A DNA stretch of 64,000 bases from a virus (Duplodnaviria > Caudoviricetes), in the IMG/VR virus record IMGVR_UViG_2895055527_000002, positions 17,917-81,916 of that record; one strand, 5' to 3'. The notes beneath the pieces are model-generated. The model was not told the origin of the DNA. It saw only the letters and a list, made by a program, of their open reading frames with translations, and did not search any database. Both the position numbers and the translations under genes were made by a program. Below are positions 48,924 to 57,932 of the stretch, in pieces; within the stretch, counting starts at the first letter, position 1, and every line of letters begins with the position of its first letter.

Positions 48924-49334
48924 TCAATAATTCGCCCAAGCCTCTGAGCCGTTGAACGCATACTCTTCTTGTTCGCACATCGCATCTAGAATTGACGGCC
49001 ATTCGATACGGGGATGGTAGATGTATCGCGGCAAAACGAAGTATCTGGAATGTCTCACGTCGATAATCGTCGTCAGCCTTTCGAATTTCTTTCTCATCCA
49101 ACTGAAGGCAATTAAGTTCGAACATTCTGACATTGCGAACATGCTGCCCCATGCATAGCCGGGAAACCGGCGCCCGGCTATGGCAGCGACGTGGTATGAA
49201 TCTCCGTGCGGAAGCTCACCGTCATATCGCAGCGTGATCTCATAGCTGCGATCAGGCGGAATCAGCACGTAATCGCCCATGCCTGCCCAGTGGCAAAGGC
49301 TATCCACCGTAAATTGGACCTTGCAAGGTTCCAT
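48924..49334 (-). CDS. Hypothetical protein
   Basis: ORF; start uncertain. Confidence 0.55.
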   Translation of the reverse strand: MEPCKVQFTVDSLCHWAGMGDYVLIPPDRSYEITLRYDGELPHGDSYHVAAIAGRRFPGYAWGSMFAMSECSNLIAFSWMRKKFERLTTIIDVRHSRYFVLPRYIYHPRIEWPSILDAMCEQEEYAFNGSEAWANY

Positions 49335-49461
49335 CAGTCTGCTTTCCGTCGCGAATAAAGCTTGCTCACTCGATTGTCTGCGATTCGTGCAGGTATGTCG
49401 AATGGCCGAGAGTGGCCGACAGCCGCCATTACGTACAGAACCGGCACACAAACTGACCGAA

Positions 49462-49528
49462 TGCCAGCATTGTGCCAGCGTATCGCCTGGAAGCCGCATC
49501 GAATAAGGATTGTGCTGGGGTTCGAGTC
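49462..49528 (+). repeat. att-like module copy 1 (arm sites plus core)
   Basis: TGCCAGC-N4-TGCCAGC, then TGCTGGGGTTCGAGTC at 49513-49528. Confidence 0.75.
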
Positions 49529-49724
49529 TCGCCTCAAGATACGTCACCAAAACATTGGAGCACTCGATCGATGGACACGGCGCGGTCTATTGTGATGTTG
49601 CCCGATACCGCTTCCATGCGCGCGGAGCCACAGCCGAAGCCCGCTACCTGACCTGCGCGCTGCCATTGGATATTAGGCAATCGCCTAATATTCCGCTGTA
49701 CGAATCAACAGATTGACCCAAACG

Positions 49725-49757
49725 AAAAAACCCGCACAGCCAATGACTGTGCGGGTT
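49725..49757 (-). terminator. Rho-independent terminator after the tRNA-Pro fragment and autotransporter
   Basis: AACCCGCACAG / CTGTGCGGGTT stem with a T tract on the minus strand. Confidence 0.8.
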
Positions 49758-49763
49758 CAATTC

Positions 49764-49819
<56 letters not shown>

Positions 49820-49872
49820 CTCCCGAGTTGTACTGTCGGATGCGGTACACGCCCGAACCAGGTCTTTGTTAC

Positions 49873-52554
49873 TTACCACGTCCAGCGCAGACCGAGCGTG
49901 GCGGAAACCGACTGCTGGCGCGTTGCGTCAAGCTGGGTCAGGTAGGCGAGCGTTGCATATACGCTCGCTGCTTTGTTGAAGCGACCGGCGACGCCGACGC
50001 CAAACTGGGCGGCGGTGCTATTGGAGTTGGTCACCACCGGGGTATTACCTCCAAACAGAACCCGACCATCGTTTCCGAAGGTGTGGATGAGATTGAATAG
50101 CAGGTAAGGGCGGAGCAGCCCGCGCGCACCGTCGTAGTTCGCTTCCAGCCTCGCGCCGATACGCGCAATCAAACTGTTGACGTTGTTGAACGCTACGCTG
50201 GAAATTCCATCATTGAAATCGTCAATGCTCTGTCTTTGCCAGATGATCTGTGCCTGTGGTTCGAGCGCCAACGTCTCCGACAGGTGAATCGGCCACCCCG
50301 TCTCCAGCGACGCGGCCAGGCCCTTGCCGTTGACGTTCCGATTGAGGCCACTTAGTGGCTTTGCTTGGTACTGCATCGAAGATGCGAGGACTACGGCATC
50401 CGTGTACGCCCCCCCTGGCATGGTGTGGGTCCAATAGAGGCCGGCACTGTACATATCCAACGCCAAGGAGCCTGCGTGAGTATCTGGCATGCCGAGCGCG
50501 AGACCTTGAACGTCACCCGACGCGCGTGTCCACCCACCGAGAATCCCCACGTGGTCGCCATGACCTGACTCGCTGCGACCTGCAAAGACGTCGTGCCCGA
50601 TTTGAATGCCGCCAATGTTGCCGTCGAACTGAGGTGTGACATCACCTTTCGTACGCAACTGCTCGGTCTGTCCCCACACCCGAGCCCAGCCATCGGTCAG
50701 CCAGCCACGCTCGTCAAGCAATCCCTGCTGACCCTGCCGTTCGTGGAATGTGGCCATTTGGGCAAAACCGGCGGTTCTGCCTAGCTCCGGCATCATCGAG
50801 TAGACGGGCACCTCGATCCGATAGATGGGCAGTGGATCTTCGCCCGGCTCCAAGGTGGCGGTCGGCGGTGTGCCGATGCCAGGCGTGGGCGTAAGAATTT
50901 CGACCTCCGGCTCTCCGGTGACTGGATCTGTAACGGTCACCTCAACGGGGGCAGCAACCGTCGAGCGGAGATACCAACTGTTCGTGCTGTCGGCCGTCGT
51001 TCCACCCTTATACAAGTAATAGGTATAGGCGCCGGCACTCACCGACGAGCCGAGCGCGAAGGCTGACGCGGTCGACGTTGCGCCGCCGACGGCCTGCACC
51101 ACCGGAATTCCGTTGCCCGTGGTCAAGTTACCGAGCCCGCCAAGATTATTGACGGCAACCGATGTGTTGCCGTTGATCGTGCCTCCGCTCACGGTTAGAG
51201 GGGCAACACGCGAACTGTCGTTGCCAAGCACAGAGTCAATTTTCAAGGTGCCGTTCTGCCCGGTGTAGTTGCCGACAATGGTCAGCGTGCCATTGCCGCT
51301 GCCGTCCCCCGGATGAACGATGCCCTGGTTCGTGACGTTGCCCGTGAGCGTCCCAGTCCCGGTAAGGGTTGCGCCAGAAGCCACCGTTGTCGTCGCGCCG
51401 CCAAGCGTGCCCGTGAGGTTGAACGTCCCGGTCTGCAACTGGGCGTTGTTGAAGTTGCCGCTACCACTCCATGTCCAATTGTCACCTTGAGCGAGCAGGG
51501 TGCCAAAATTCACGAATGGGTTGCTGGCGGTGCCTGTACCTTGCAGGATTAGGGTACTCACGGCGCTGGTGCCCCCGTCGGCCGTACCGATGATTTGCGA
51601 CCCGGTTTGCAGCGTGAGGGTGTTCGATCGTGCGGCGGGGTTCATCGCGATGGCTGTTCCGGCGTTGCTCTGGATCAGGCCGGCATTTGTGATGGAGATG
51701 AAGCCGTTGACTGACCTAATACCGGTACCTTGCTGGCTGATGATCTGACCTCCGGCCTGATTGACAACGGTCCCGGTAAAGCTTTGCGCCGTGTTCACTA
51801 CCACTGCGTCACTGTTGACACCTTGTGCTTCGACGTAGCCGCTATTGGTGAACGTGATGTTATTGCCCTGCATGTATACGGTGAACGAGCGGCCCGATGC
51901 AGTGCCCCCCGTGGTAATAAGCGATCCGGTGTTGGTAATCGTGCTTTGACCACCGGTGGCGCTTATCGCACGACTGCTAGATCCGGATGCGCTGATTGTT
52001 CCTGTGTTCACGAACGTAGTGAACTGACCGAGGGCAGTAGCCTGCCCCCAGGAGGCCGTCATTCCGTAAGAGTTGGGGCCGGAAAGTGAAATGGTGCCAT
52101 TGTTCGTAAGCGAGCCATTATTGCCATTCAGGGCCATGGCGTCGTTGTTAGCACCGCTCGTCGTGATGGTGCCGGTCGACGTGTTGATGAGTGTGTTTCT
52201 GTCGTTCTGGCCGAGGAGCGCTGCTCCGCGACCTGTCGAGGACGATCCGGAAAGGCTGACACTGCCGGAATTGGAGATGGTGCTGGAAGTGTCGACTGAA
52301 ATGATCGCGAGGTTCGGCGTGCCGCGTACCAAGGATACGGTGCTCCCGGGTGTCACATTCACCGTAACGTTGGTACTTCCGCTTTGTGCTAGGACCGTGC
52401 CACCGGTTCCCGTGCACGTGACCGTCGTGTTGCTTGCCGGATTTGTGTTGTCACATGCCGCGTGGGCAGTGCCAAAGGCACACAGGGAGAGTGCAATAAA
52501 TATCGATCTTAGGGGATCAGAGAACGGACTGCTTAGGCGTTTCGCAGCATTCAT
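49873..52554 (-). CDS. Type Va autotransporter (AIDA-like adhesin)
   Basis: Signal peptide, G/T/N/S-rich beta-helix passenger, Pro-rich linker, beta-barrel ending LRWTW. Confidence 0.93.
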   Translation of the reverse strand: MNAAKRLSSPFSDPLRSIFIALSLCAFGTAHAACDNTNPASNTTVTCTGTGGTVLAQSGSTNVTVNVTPGSTVSLVRGTPNLAIISVDTSSTISNSGSVSLSGSSSTGRGAALLGQNDRNTLINTSTGTITTSGANNDAMALNGNNGSLTNNGTISLSGPNSYGMTASWGQATALGQFTTFVNTGTISASGSSSRAISATGGQSTITNTGSLITTGGTASGRSFTVYMQGNNITFTNSGYVEAQGVNSDAVVVNTAQSFTGTVVNQAGGQIISQQGTGIRSVNGFISITNAGLIQSNAGTAIAMNPAARSNTLTLQTGSQIIGTADGGTSAVSTLILQGTGTASNPFVNFGTLLAQGDNWTWSGSGNFNNAQLQTGTFNLTGTLGGATTTVASGATLTGTGTLTGNVTNQGIVHPGDGSGNGTLTIVGNYTGQNGTLKIDSVLGNDSSRVAPLTVSGGTINGNTSVAVNNLGGLGNLTTGNGIPVVQAVGGATSTASAFALGSSVSAGAYTYYLYKGGTTADSTNSWYLRSTVAAPVEVTVTDPVTGEPEVEILTPTPGIGTPPTATLEPGEDPLPIYRIEVPVYSMMPELGRTAGFAQMATFHERQGQQGLLDERGWLTDGWARVWGQTEQLRTKGDVTPQFDGNIGGIQIGHDVFAGRSESGHGDHVGILGGWTRASGDVQGLALGMPDTHAGSLALDMYSAGLYWTHTMPGGAYTDAVVLASSMQYQAKPLSGLNRNVNGKGLAASLETGWPIHLSETLALEPQAQIIWQRQSIDDFNDGISSVAFNNVNSLIARIGARLEANYDGARGLLRPYLLFNLIHTFGNDGRVLFGGNTPVVTNSNSTAAQFGVGVAGRFNKAASVYATLAYLTQLDATRQQSVSATLGLRWTW

Positions 52555-52773
52555 TGAAGCGCTCCCAGGACGACGTTTCTAGACACAGAAAAAATCCCCG
52601 TGGGTAGAACTTAAGCGGTTGGCGTACCAATTTCAATTGCCCGATTGAGCTGTTGTGTCCTTGTAACAGATGTCTTGATGATCAAACGAATCGGGTGGAC
52701 GAGAATCGACCCACATGGAAGTGCAGTCGGAGCGTGTGGGTTCGCCGTTCAACCGGAGTGCGGTACATCGTAG

Positions 52774-52855
52774 TGCCAGCTTTTTGCCAGCATGCTGGCT
52801 GAGAGGGCCGAGTTACAAGGAATTTGCTGGGGTTCGAGTCCCCTTCCTCGCACCA
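52774..52855 (+). repeat. att-like module copy 2 with tRNA (probably Leu) 3' fragment at 52829-52855
   Basis: TGCCAGC-N4-TGCCAGC, then TGCTGGGGTTCGAGTC-CCCTTCCTCGCACCA. Confidence 0.8.
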
Positions 52856-53044
52856 ACTCCCCGTTTTGGCATCGGTTTTGTAGGTTCTACTTCTTCCCTG
52901 AAATTCGCGCGAAAGACCGTCTGGTAAGGCCCGGCGGGGGCTTTGCGTGAATTCCGATTGTCTTCCCCATCACCCAAAATCTCACCTGTTCACACCTAAA
53001 ATCGGGGTGGCCTCCCCAATTTTTACCCGAGATTTCCCCACGAA

Positions 53045-54049
53045 ATGGCATCCATTCAGAAGGTGGTGAAGGGCTGGCGCGCCCAGTTGATGGTCAACGG
53101 CGAGCGCGACAGCAGGACGTTTGATACAAAGGCAGCCGCGCAGGCGTGGTGTGCGCAGCGGGAGACGGAAATGCGGTCTATTGCTAGCGGGAGTGGCAGT
53201 AAGACGCTAACAGTAGGTGACGTTCTCAAAGAGTACGAGCTGAAGGTGAGTCCCACGAAACGCGGGGCTAGATGGGAGAAGCTTCGATTGCCGCTGATTG
53301 GCAGCAAAGTGGTCAATGGACGGAAGTTCGCTGATATCAGGCTGGCGGAGCTTCGGCCTAGCCATGTGGCGGCTTGGCGAGATGTTCGGATGCGTGAGGT
53401 ATCGGGATCGTCGACTTCACGCGAAATGTCGCTGATGTCGCACGCATTTCAGGTGGCTCGGAAGGAGTGGGGCTGGTTGGTGACAGACCCGATGACCGAA
53501 GTGAAGCGACCACCGGAGCCTCCCGGGCGGGAGCGGTTGATTTCCACGGAAGAGATCGAAACGCTGCTGGCGAGCATGGGATACGAGGAGGGACTGCCGG
53601 TCGAAAAGCCGATGCAGCGAGTCGCCGTTGCATTTCTCTTTGCGATAGAAACCGCCATGCGCTCGAGCGAGATATTGACGCTCACTGTGCAGTCAGTGAA
53701 TTACAAAGGCAAGTTTGCGCGGCTTCCGATGACGAAGAACGGGACGGCCCGGAGCGTACCGTTGTCGTCGAGGGCTATCGATCTGCTGAGGATGCTGCCG
53801 AGCGTACCAAAGGGTGAACCGTTGTTTGCTCTATCGACGTCTAGCCGCGACGCACTGTTCCGGAAGGCGAGGGATCGTGCCGAGATCCCGGACGTGACGT
53901 TCCACGACACGCGCCACGAAGCCATCACCCGCCTAGCGAAGAAGTTGCAGCCTCTGGACCTCGCCAGAATGACGGGCCATAGGAACATCTCAGAACTAAT
54001 GACTTACTACAACGCTACCGCAACAGAGATCGCAGGGCGACTCGGCTAA
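53045..54049 (+). CDS. int: Tyrosine integrase
   Basis: TAMRSSE, TKNG, FHDTRH, TGH, YY. Confidence 0.95.
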   Translation: MASIQKVVKGWRAQLMVNGERDSRTFDTKAAAQAWCAQRETEMRSIASGSGSKTLTVGDVLKEYELKVSPTKRGARWEKLRLPLIGSKVVNGRKFADIRLAELRPSHVAAWRDVRMREVSGSSTSREMSLMSHAFQVARKEWGWLVTDPMTEVKRPPEPPGRERLISTEEIETLLASMGYEEGLPVEKPMQRVAVAFLFAIETAMRSSEILTLTVQSVNYKGKFARLPMTKNGTARSVPLSSRAIDLLRMLPSVPKGEPLFALSTSSRDALFRKARDRAEIPDVTFHDTRHEAITRLAKKLQPLDLARMTGHRNISELMTYYNATATEIAGRLG

Positions 54050-54292
54050 CGCGCGAGGCCCGTCGGTTGGTTGCCGCGCGGTCTCGAGGCAGGGCGTTCG
54101 CATGGGAAGAATCTGTATTTTTTGTATCCGCAAAAAACGAGATCGGCCACTTGGAAATGTCGGTACAATTACCACCGGAAACATTGCTACCCGACATCCA
54201 TGGGGGTATCGCAGTGACAAAATTGACGTGCGCGATCAAATCTTCACCTGTGCGGTGGTGTTCGACCTGGCGGATCAGCATCGTTTGGTAGC

Positions 54293-54550
54293 GTGATTTT
54301 TTTGCGATTTACGGAGGATGCCATTTTGGAAGACTCGGATGGTCGAGAGTCCTTGGGCATGGTTGGCGACATAATCGAGAATCTTCGGATTAGACCGCGC
54401 GGACGCCCCAAGGCTAGTTCCCCGAAAGAGCAGATCAATATTCGGCTTTCGCCTGAAGTTCTCGCTTACTTTCGAGAATCAGGTGCTGGATGGCAGACAC
54501 GAATAGATTTGGCGCTCAAGCAGTTTGTAGAAAGAAATAAACGAGCCTGA
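54293..54550 (+). CDS. BrnA-family antitoxin (orphan)
   Basis: RGRPK..KEQINIRLSPEVLAYFRESGAGWQTRIDLAL. Confidence 0.8.
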   Translation: MIFLRFTEDAILEDSDGRESLGMVGDIIENLRIRPRGRPKASSPKEQINIRLSPEVLAYFRESGAGWQTRIDLALKQFVERNKRA

Positions 54551-54601
54551 CGGCAACCGATGGTCAGTTGTAGTTCCTTGGATTTTTGTTTGCTCAGAAT
54601 T

Positions 54602-55732
54602 ATGCCCACTTATTACGAGTTCTTTGCTGGTGGCGGGATGGCTCGTGCAGGCCTAGGCGATGACTGGACCTGTCTATTTGCCAACGATTTTTCCGAGCAG
54701 AAGGCAAGGTCATACAAGGCTAATTGGGGTGGTGAACACCTTGTTGTCGAAGATATTAATAAGCTGACCGCGGATCAGTTGCCGGGTCAGGCCAATTTGG
54801 CATGGGCCTCTTTTCCTTGCCAAGATTTGTCGTTGGCGGGGAATGGTGCTGGTTTGAACGGCGATCGCTCGGGGACGTTCTGGGGCTTTTGGAATCTCAT
54901 TCAAGAGTTGAATTGGCAGGGAAGAAAGCCGTCGGCCATTGTTCTCGAAAACGTTTATGGCGTTCTAACATCGCATGATGGCAAGGATTTTGACGCAATC
55001 GCGAGATCCATCGCGGCTGAAGGCTATATCTTCGGCGCAATGGTTGTTGACGCAGTTCAGTTTGTTCCTCAATCGCGGCCGCGCGTATTTATCGTTTGCG
55101 TCGACGAGCGACTCACTGTACCTAATGAAGTCGTGTCCAAGCGTGCGCTGCCAAGCTGGTGTCCAGAGAAGCTGATTGGTGCCTACAACGCTTTGCCAAA
55201 GAAGGTTAGAAGTAAATGGCGTTGGTGGAAGATGGCCGAGCCGACGTCAGTATTGAAGACTTTAGACGAAATAATCGATTCAGAACCGTCAGGGGTGAAA
55301 TGGCATAGTCGTGAGGAGACCGACAAGATCCTCGGCATGATGGCACCGACGAATCTTCAGAAGGTCCTGACGGCACAACAGGCCGGTCGAATTCACGTTG
55401 GGACGATTTACAAGCGCACGCGCGGAGGTGTTCAACGTGCCGAAGTCCGGTTCGACGGGATTGCAGGTTGTCTCCGAACTCCCAGTGGTGGATCGAGTCG
55501 CCAGACAATTATGATCGTTGACGGTCCGCTCGTCCGCACTCGCTTGATTAGTGCTCGTGAAGCGGCACGGTTAATGGGGCTGCCGGAAGAGTATGTGTTG
55601 CCTACTAAGTACAACGAAGCGTACCATCTGATTGGTGATGGGGTGGTTGTGCCGGTGGTAGCGCACATTAGCGAAAATGTCCTGCTTCCAATCATGAGTG
55701 CGCAGCCACAGGTCCAACTGAACGTTGCCTAG
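54602..55732 (+). CDS. DNA cytosine-5 methyltransferase
   Basis: FFAGGG, SFPCQDLS, LENV, PQSRPR, REAARLMG, GDGV. Confidence 0.95.
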   Translation: MPTYYEFFAGGGMARAGLGDDWTCLFANDFSEQKARSYKANWGGEHLVVEDINKLTADQLPGQANLAWASFPCQDLSLAGNGAGLNGDRSGTFWGFWNLIQELNWQGRKPSAIVLENVYGVLTSHDGKDFDAIARSIAAEGYIFGAMVVDAVQFVPQSRPRVFIVCVDERLTVPNEVVSKRALPSWCPEKLIGAYNALPKKVRSKWRWWKMAEPTSVLKTLDEIIDSEPSGVKWHSREETDKILGMMAPTNLQKVLTAQQAGRIHVGTIYKRTRGGVQRAEVRFDGIAGCLRTPSGGSSRQTIMIVDGPLVRTRLISAREAARLMGLPEEYVLPTKYNEAYHLIGDGVVVPVVAHISENVLLPIMSAQPQVQLNVA

Positions 55733-55740
55733 GGGCGTGA

Positions 55741-56472
55741 ATGCCAGATTTGCCAGAACAATTAGAAATACTCGACCAACTTCCGATTCCTAACGATGCT
55801 ACCTCTGATCTCCCGTTCGAAACGAGTGAGCTTCGGCGGCTGCTCGATTATTTTCTAACTCGCTCTGTTGTCAATCCGCTAACCGGGGCGGAAACGAAGA
55901 TCGGAAACTTCCAGTGGGGTGTCTATTCTTTCTACGATTACGACGGTGAGCCGATCTACGTTGGTCAAACGAAAGAATCACTACGTGTGCGTATCCGTCG
56001 TCATTTGACGAATCAGCGTACGGACGCTGTCGCAATGAATGTTCTTGACCCGTTTGAAGTGCACAAAATTGTTGTGTACCCTCTGCCAGCGTTGGAAGGG
56101 AAGGCCGCTTCAGACAGCAACGCGAAGCGATATCTTGATGCGCTGGAGCACATGATCTACTCTCGCGCAATTGAGGCATCGAGGTTCGGTGCAATTCTCA
56201 ACGAGAAGGAACCTCCGCAACCGACAGTGGACGTCGAAATCCCCTCGTCTTACGAAGGCGTTATTGTTTCCGATGAGGTGAAGAAGATTCGCGAACATCC
56301 AGATGTTCGCGTGGCACGCAGGACACAGACAATTTCTAGACTGGCTCAAGTGATTAGCGAGCGGAAGGTGCAAAAGGGACTTAGGCGAGTATTGCTCGTG
56401 CAGGCGCAGCGACTGGAGTGGCTTGCCCGCCGAAGGCTTGAAAGTGCGACCGATGTTGGTGGCGAGGATTGA
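55741..56472 (+). CDS. GIY-YIG nuclease, putative restriction endonuclease
   Basis: GVYSFY..IYVGQT..RIRRH..LE..LNE; 8 nt after the methyltransferase. Confidence 0.8.
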   Translation: MPDLPEQLEILDQLPIPNDATSDLPFETSELRRLLDYFLTRSVVNPLTGAETKIGNFQWGVYSFYDYDGEPIYVGQTKESLRVRIRRHLTNQRTDAVAMNVLDPFEVHKIVVYPLPALEGKAASDSNAKRYLDALEHMIYSRAIEASRFGAILNEKEPPQPTVDVEIPSSYEGVIVSDEVKKIREHPDVRVARRTQTISRLAQVISERKVQKGLRRVLLVQAQRLEWLARRRLESATDVGGED

Positions 56473-56482
56473 TTGTAAAGGG

Positions 56483-56502
56483 AGCCCCGCAAAGCGGGGC
56501 TT
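56483..56502. terminator. Hairpin between convergent genes
   Basis: AGCCCCGC-AAA-GCGGGGCT. Confidence 0.6.
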
Positions 56503-56523
56503 CGTCGCATTTCGTATCGTTGA

Positions 56524-56931
56524 TCACTTGTCGGGAGTGAGAATCGGAGGCACCTTTTTGTTAGCATCCCTTGCCTGCGCGCGGCGGATGTTTTGATGAG
56601 ACTCTGTCCAACGAATGACCTCGATTGCTTTCCAAAGGGGTTGCCCCGTTGCATTGCGTTGGGGGCGGCTCTCATCTGCTTTTGCTTTCGATCTAGTGGA
56701 TGGTAGCCGGATTGGGGCAGGAAAATCAGAAAGCGTAACGACTCGTTCAAGAACCACTGCCGGTGAGCGTTGCAAGTAAGTTCCGATTGCCTTAGCGTTC
56801 CACAGCTGGATCGAAAGCGGCAACGGGGCTGCGATACGCTCTGCAATTGCCTTCGCTAGCTGATCCACGAGGTACAGTGCTTGCGCATCGGCGTCGTTCG
56901 GCGTTGAATCTAAATCTACTTTGTTCCCCAT
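56524..56931 (-). CDS. AlpA/excisionase-like DNA-binding protein
   Basis: LWNAKAIG..FPAPIRL..LWKAIEVIRW. Confidence 0.7.
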   Translation of the reverse strand: MGNKVDLDSTPNDADAQALYLVDQLAKAIAERIAAPLPLSIQLWNAKAIGTYLQRSPAVVLERVVTLSDFPAPIRLPSTRSKAKADESRPQRNATGQPLWKAIEVIRWTESHQNIRRAQARDANKKVPPILTPDK

Positions 56932-56932
56932 T

Positions 56933-57718
56933 TCAATTCTCCCTAGTTGCCAACCAAAGGCACCCTAGCTCCTGATTCCAGAACACTTGGCAGTAGTCCA
57001 ATGTTGCGCCAGCAAGCTTGGCCGACTCGAATGCGATCACGATCGCATCTAGCGGATCGTCGTTGAGAAGGTGCGTAATGGAGTAGAGCTCGGGGATTTC
57101 GACGCCACGGCTCGTCCAGTAGCGCTTCTCGTTGATGGCGTGCTCCGCGAAGTCTTTGGTGATGTACTTGCTCAGGTAGGAGGCGAGTTTGTGGCGTAGA
57201 CCCTTCTGCTTGAACGGGTTGCTTACTCGCACATAGCCGTTGTTGTTGCCAATGATCGAAATCCAGATCGAGCGCAACGTTCTGTAGTTCTGTCGGCCCT
57301 TGACCGCGATGTGCAGATGCCATGCCCCGCGTTTCTGGCGCTCTGCAACTGCGACGTACTGAAACTCCATCACCTTCCCGAGCCGACGGCGCAGGGCGTC
57401 GAAATGACGCCTCAGTCGGTCTTTGTCTTGCATGTTCTCTCGGTAGGTCAGCGTGATCATCCGATCCGCCCCGATGGCCTTACAACGCAATCTGACTTGT
57501 TGTTTGGCCCGTTTGGCCGCCACCAATTGGTTATCTTCCGAGTTTTCCGATTCGCCACGTTTGGCTCGCGGCATCAGATGAAGGCCCTGAGCGCCCATGT
57601 AGCGGTCGAATCGGGTCGCTGTGACCTCCACTTGACCATCCCCGAAGTTGCGACCTCTGATGACCCACTCACGGCGGAAGGGTGAATAGCCCTCTAAACT
57701 CTGTTCCTGCATAGCCAC
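56933..57718 (-). CDS. Rolling-circle replication initiator (HUH)
   Basis: MITLT, QKRGAWHLH, YLSKYITK. Confidence 0.9.
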   Translation of the reverse strand: MAMQEQSLEGYSPFRREWVIRGRNFGDGQVEVTATRFDRYMGAQGLHLMPRAKRGESENSEDNQLVAAKRAKQQVRLRCKAIGADRMITLTYRENMQDKDRLRRHFDALRRRLGKVMEFQYVAVAERQKRGAWHLHIAVKGRQNYRTLRSIWISIIGNNNGYVRVSNPFKQKGLRHKLASYLSKYITKDFAEHAINEKRYWTSRGVEIPELYSITHLLNDDPLDAIVIAFESAKLAGATLDYCQVFWNQELGCLWLATREN

Positions 57719-57932
57719 CTCCGGTTATGTATGAGAGCGTAGTCCTTGCCTCGACGGGTAACCCCGTCGGGGCTTTTTTTCTACCGTCGATCAAAGTGTT
57801 CCTGTCCTGGCAAAGCGGGGGGCGGTTTGGTACCTGTTTCCTTGATCGCGTACGTTAAGTGTTATTGATATAAATATAGGGGCGCGCTTCGCGCGCCCCG
57901 CCGTCCTCGGCCCTCCGGGCGGCGGGGCGTGC

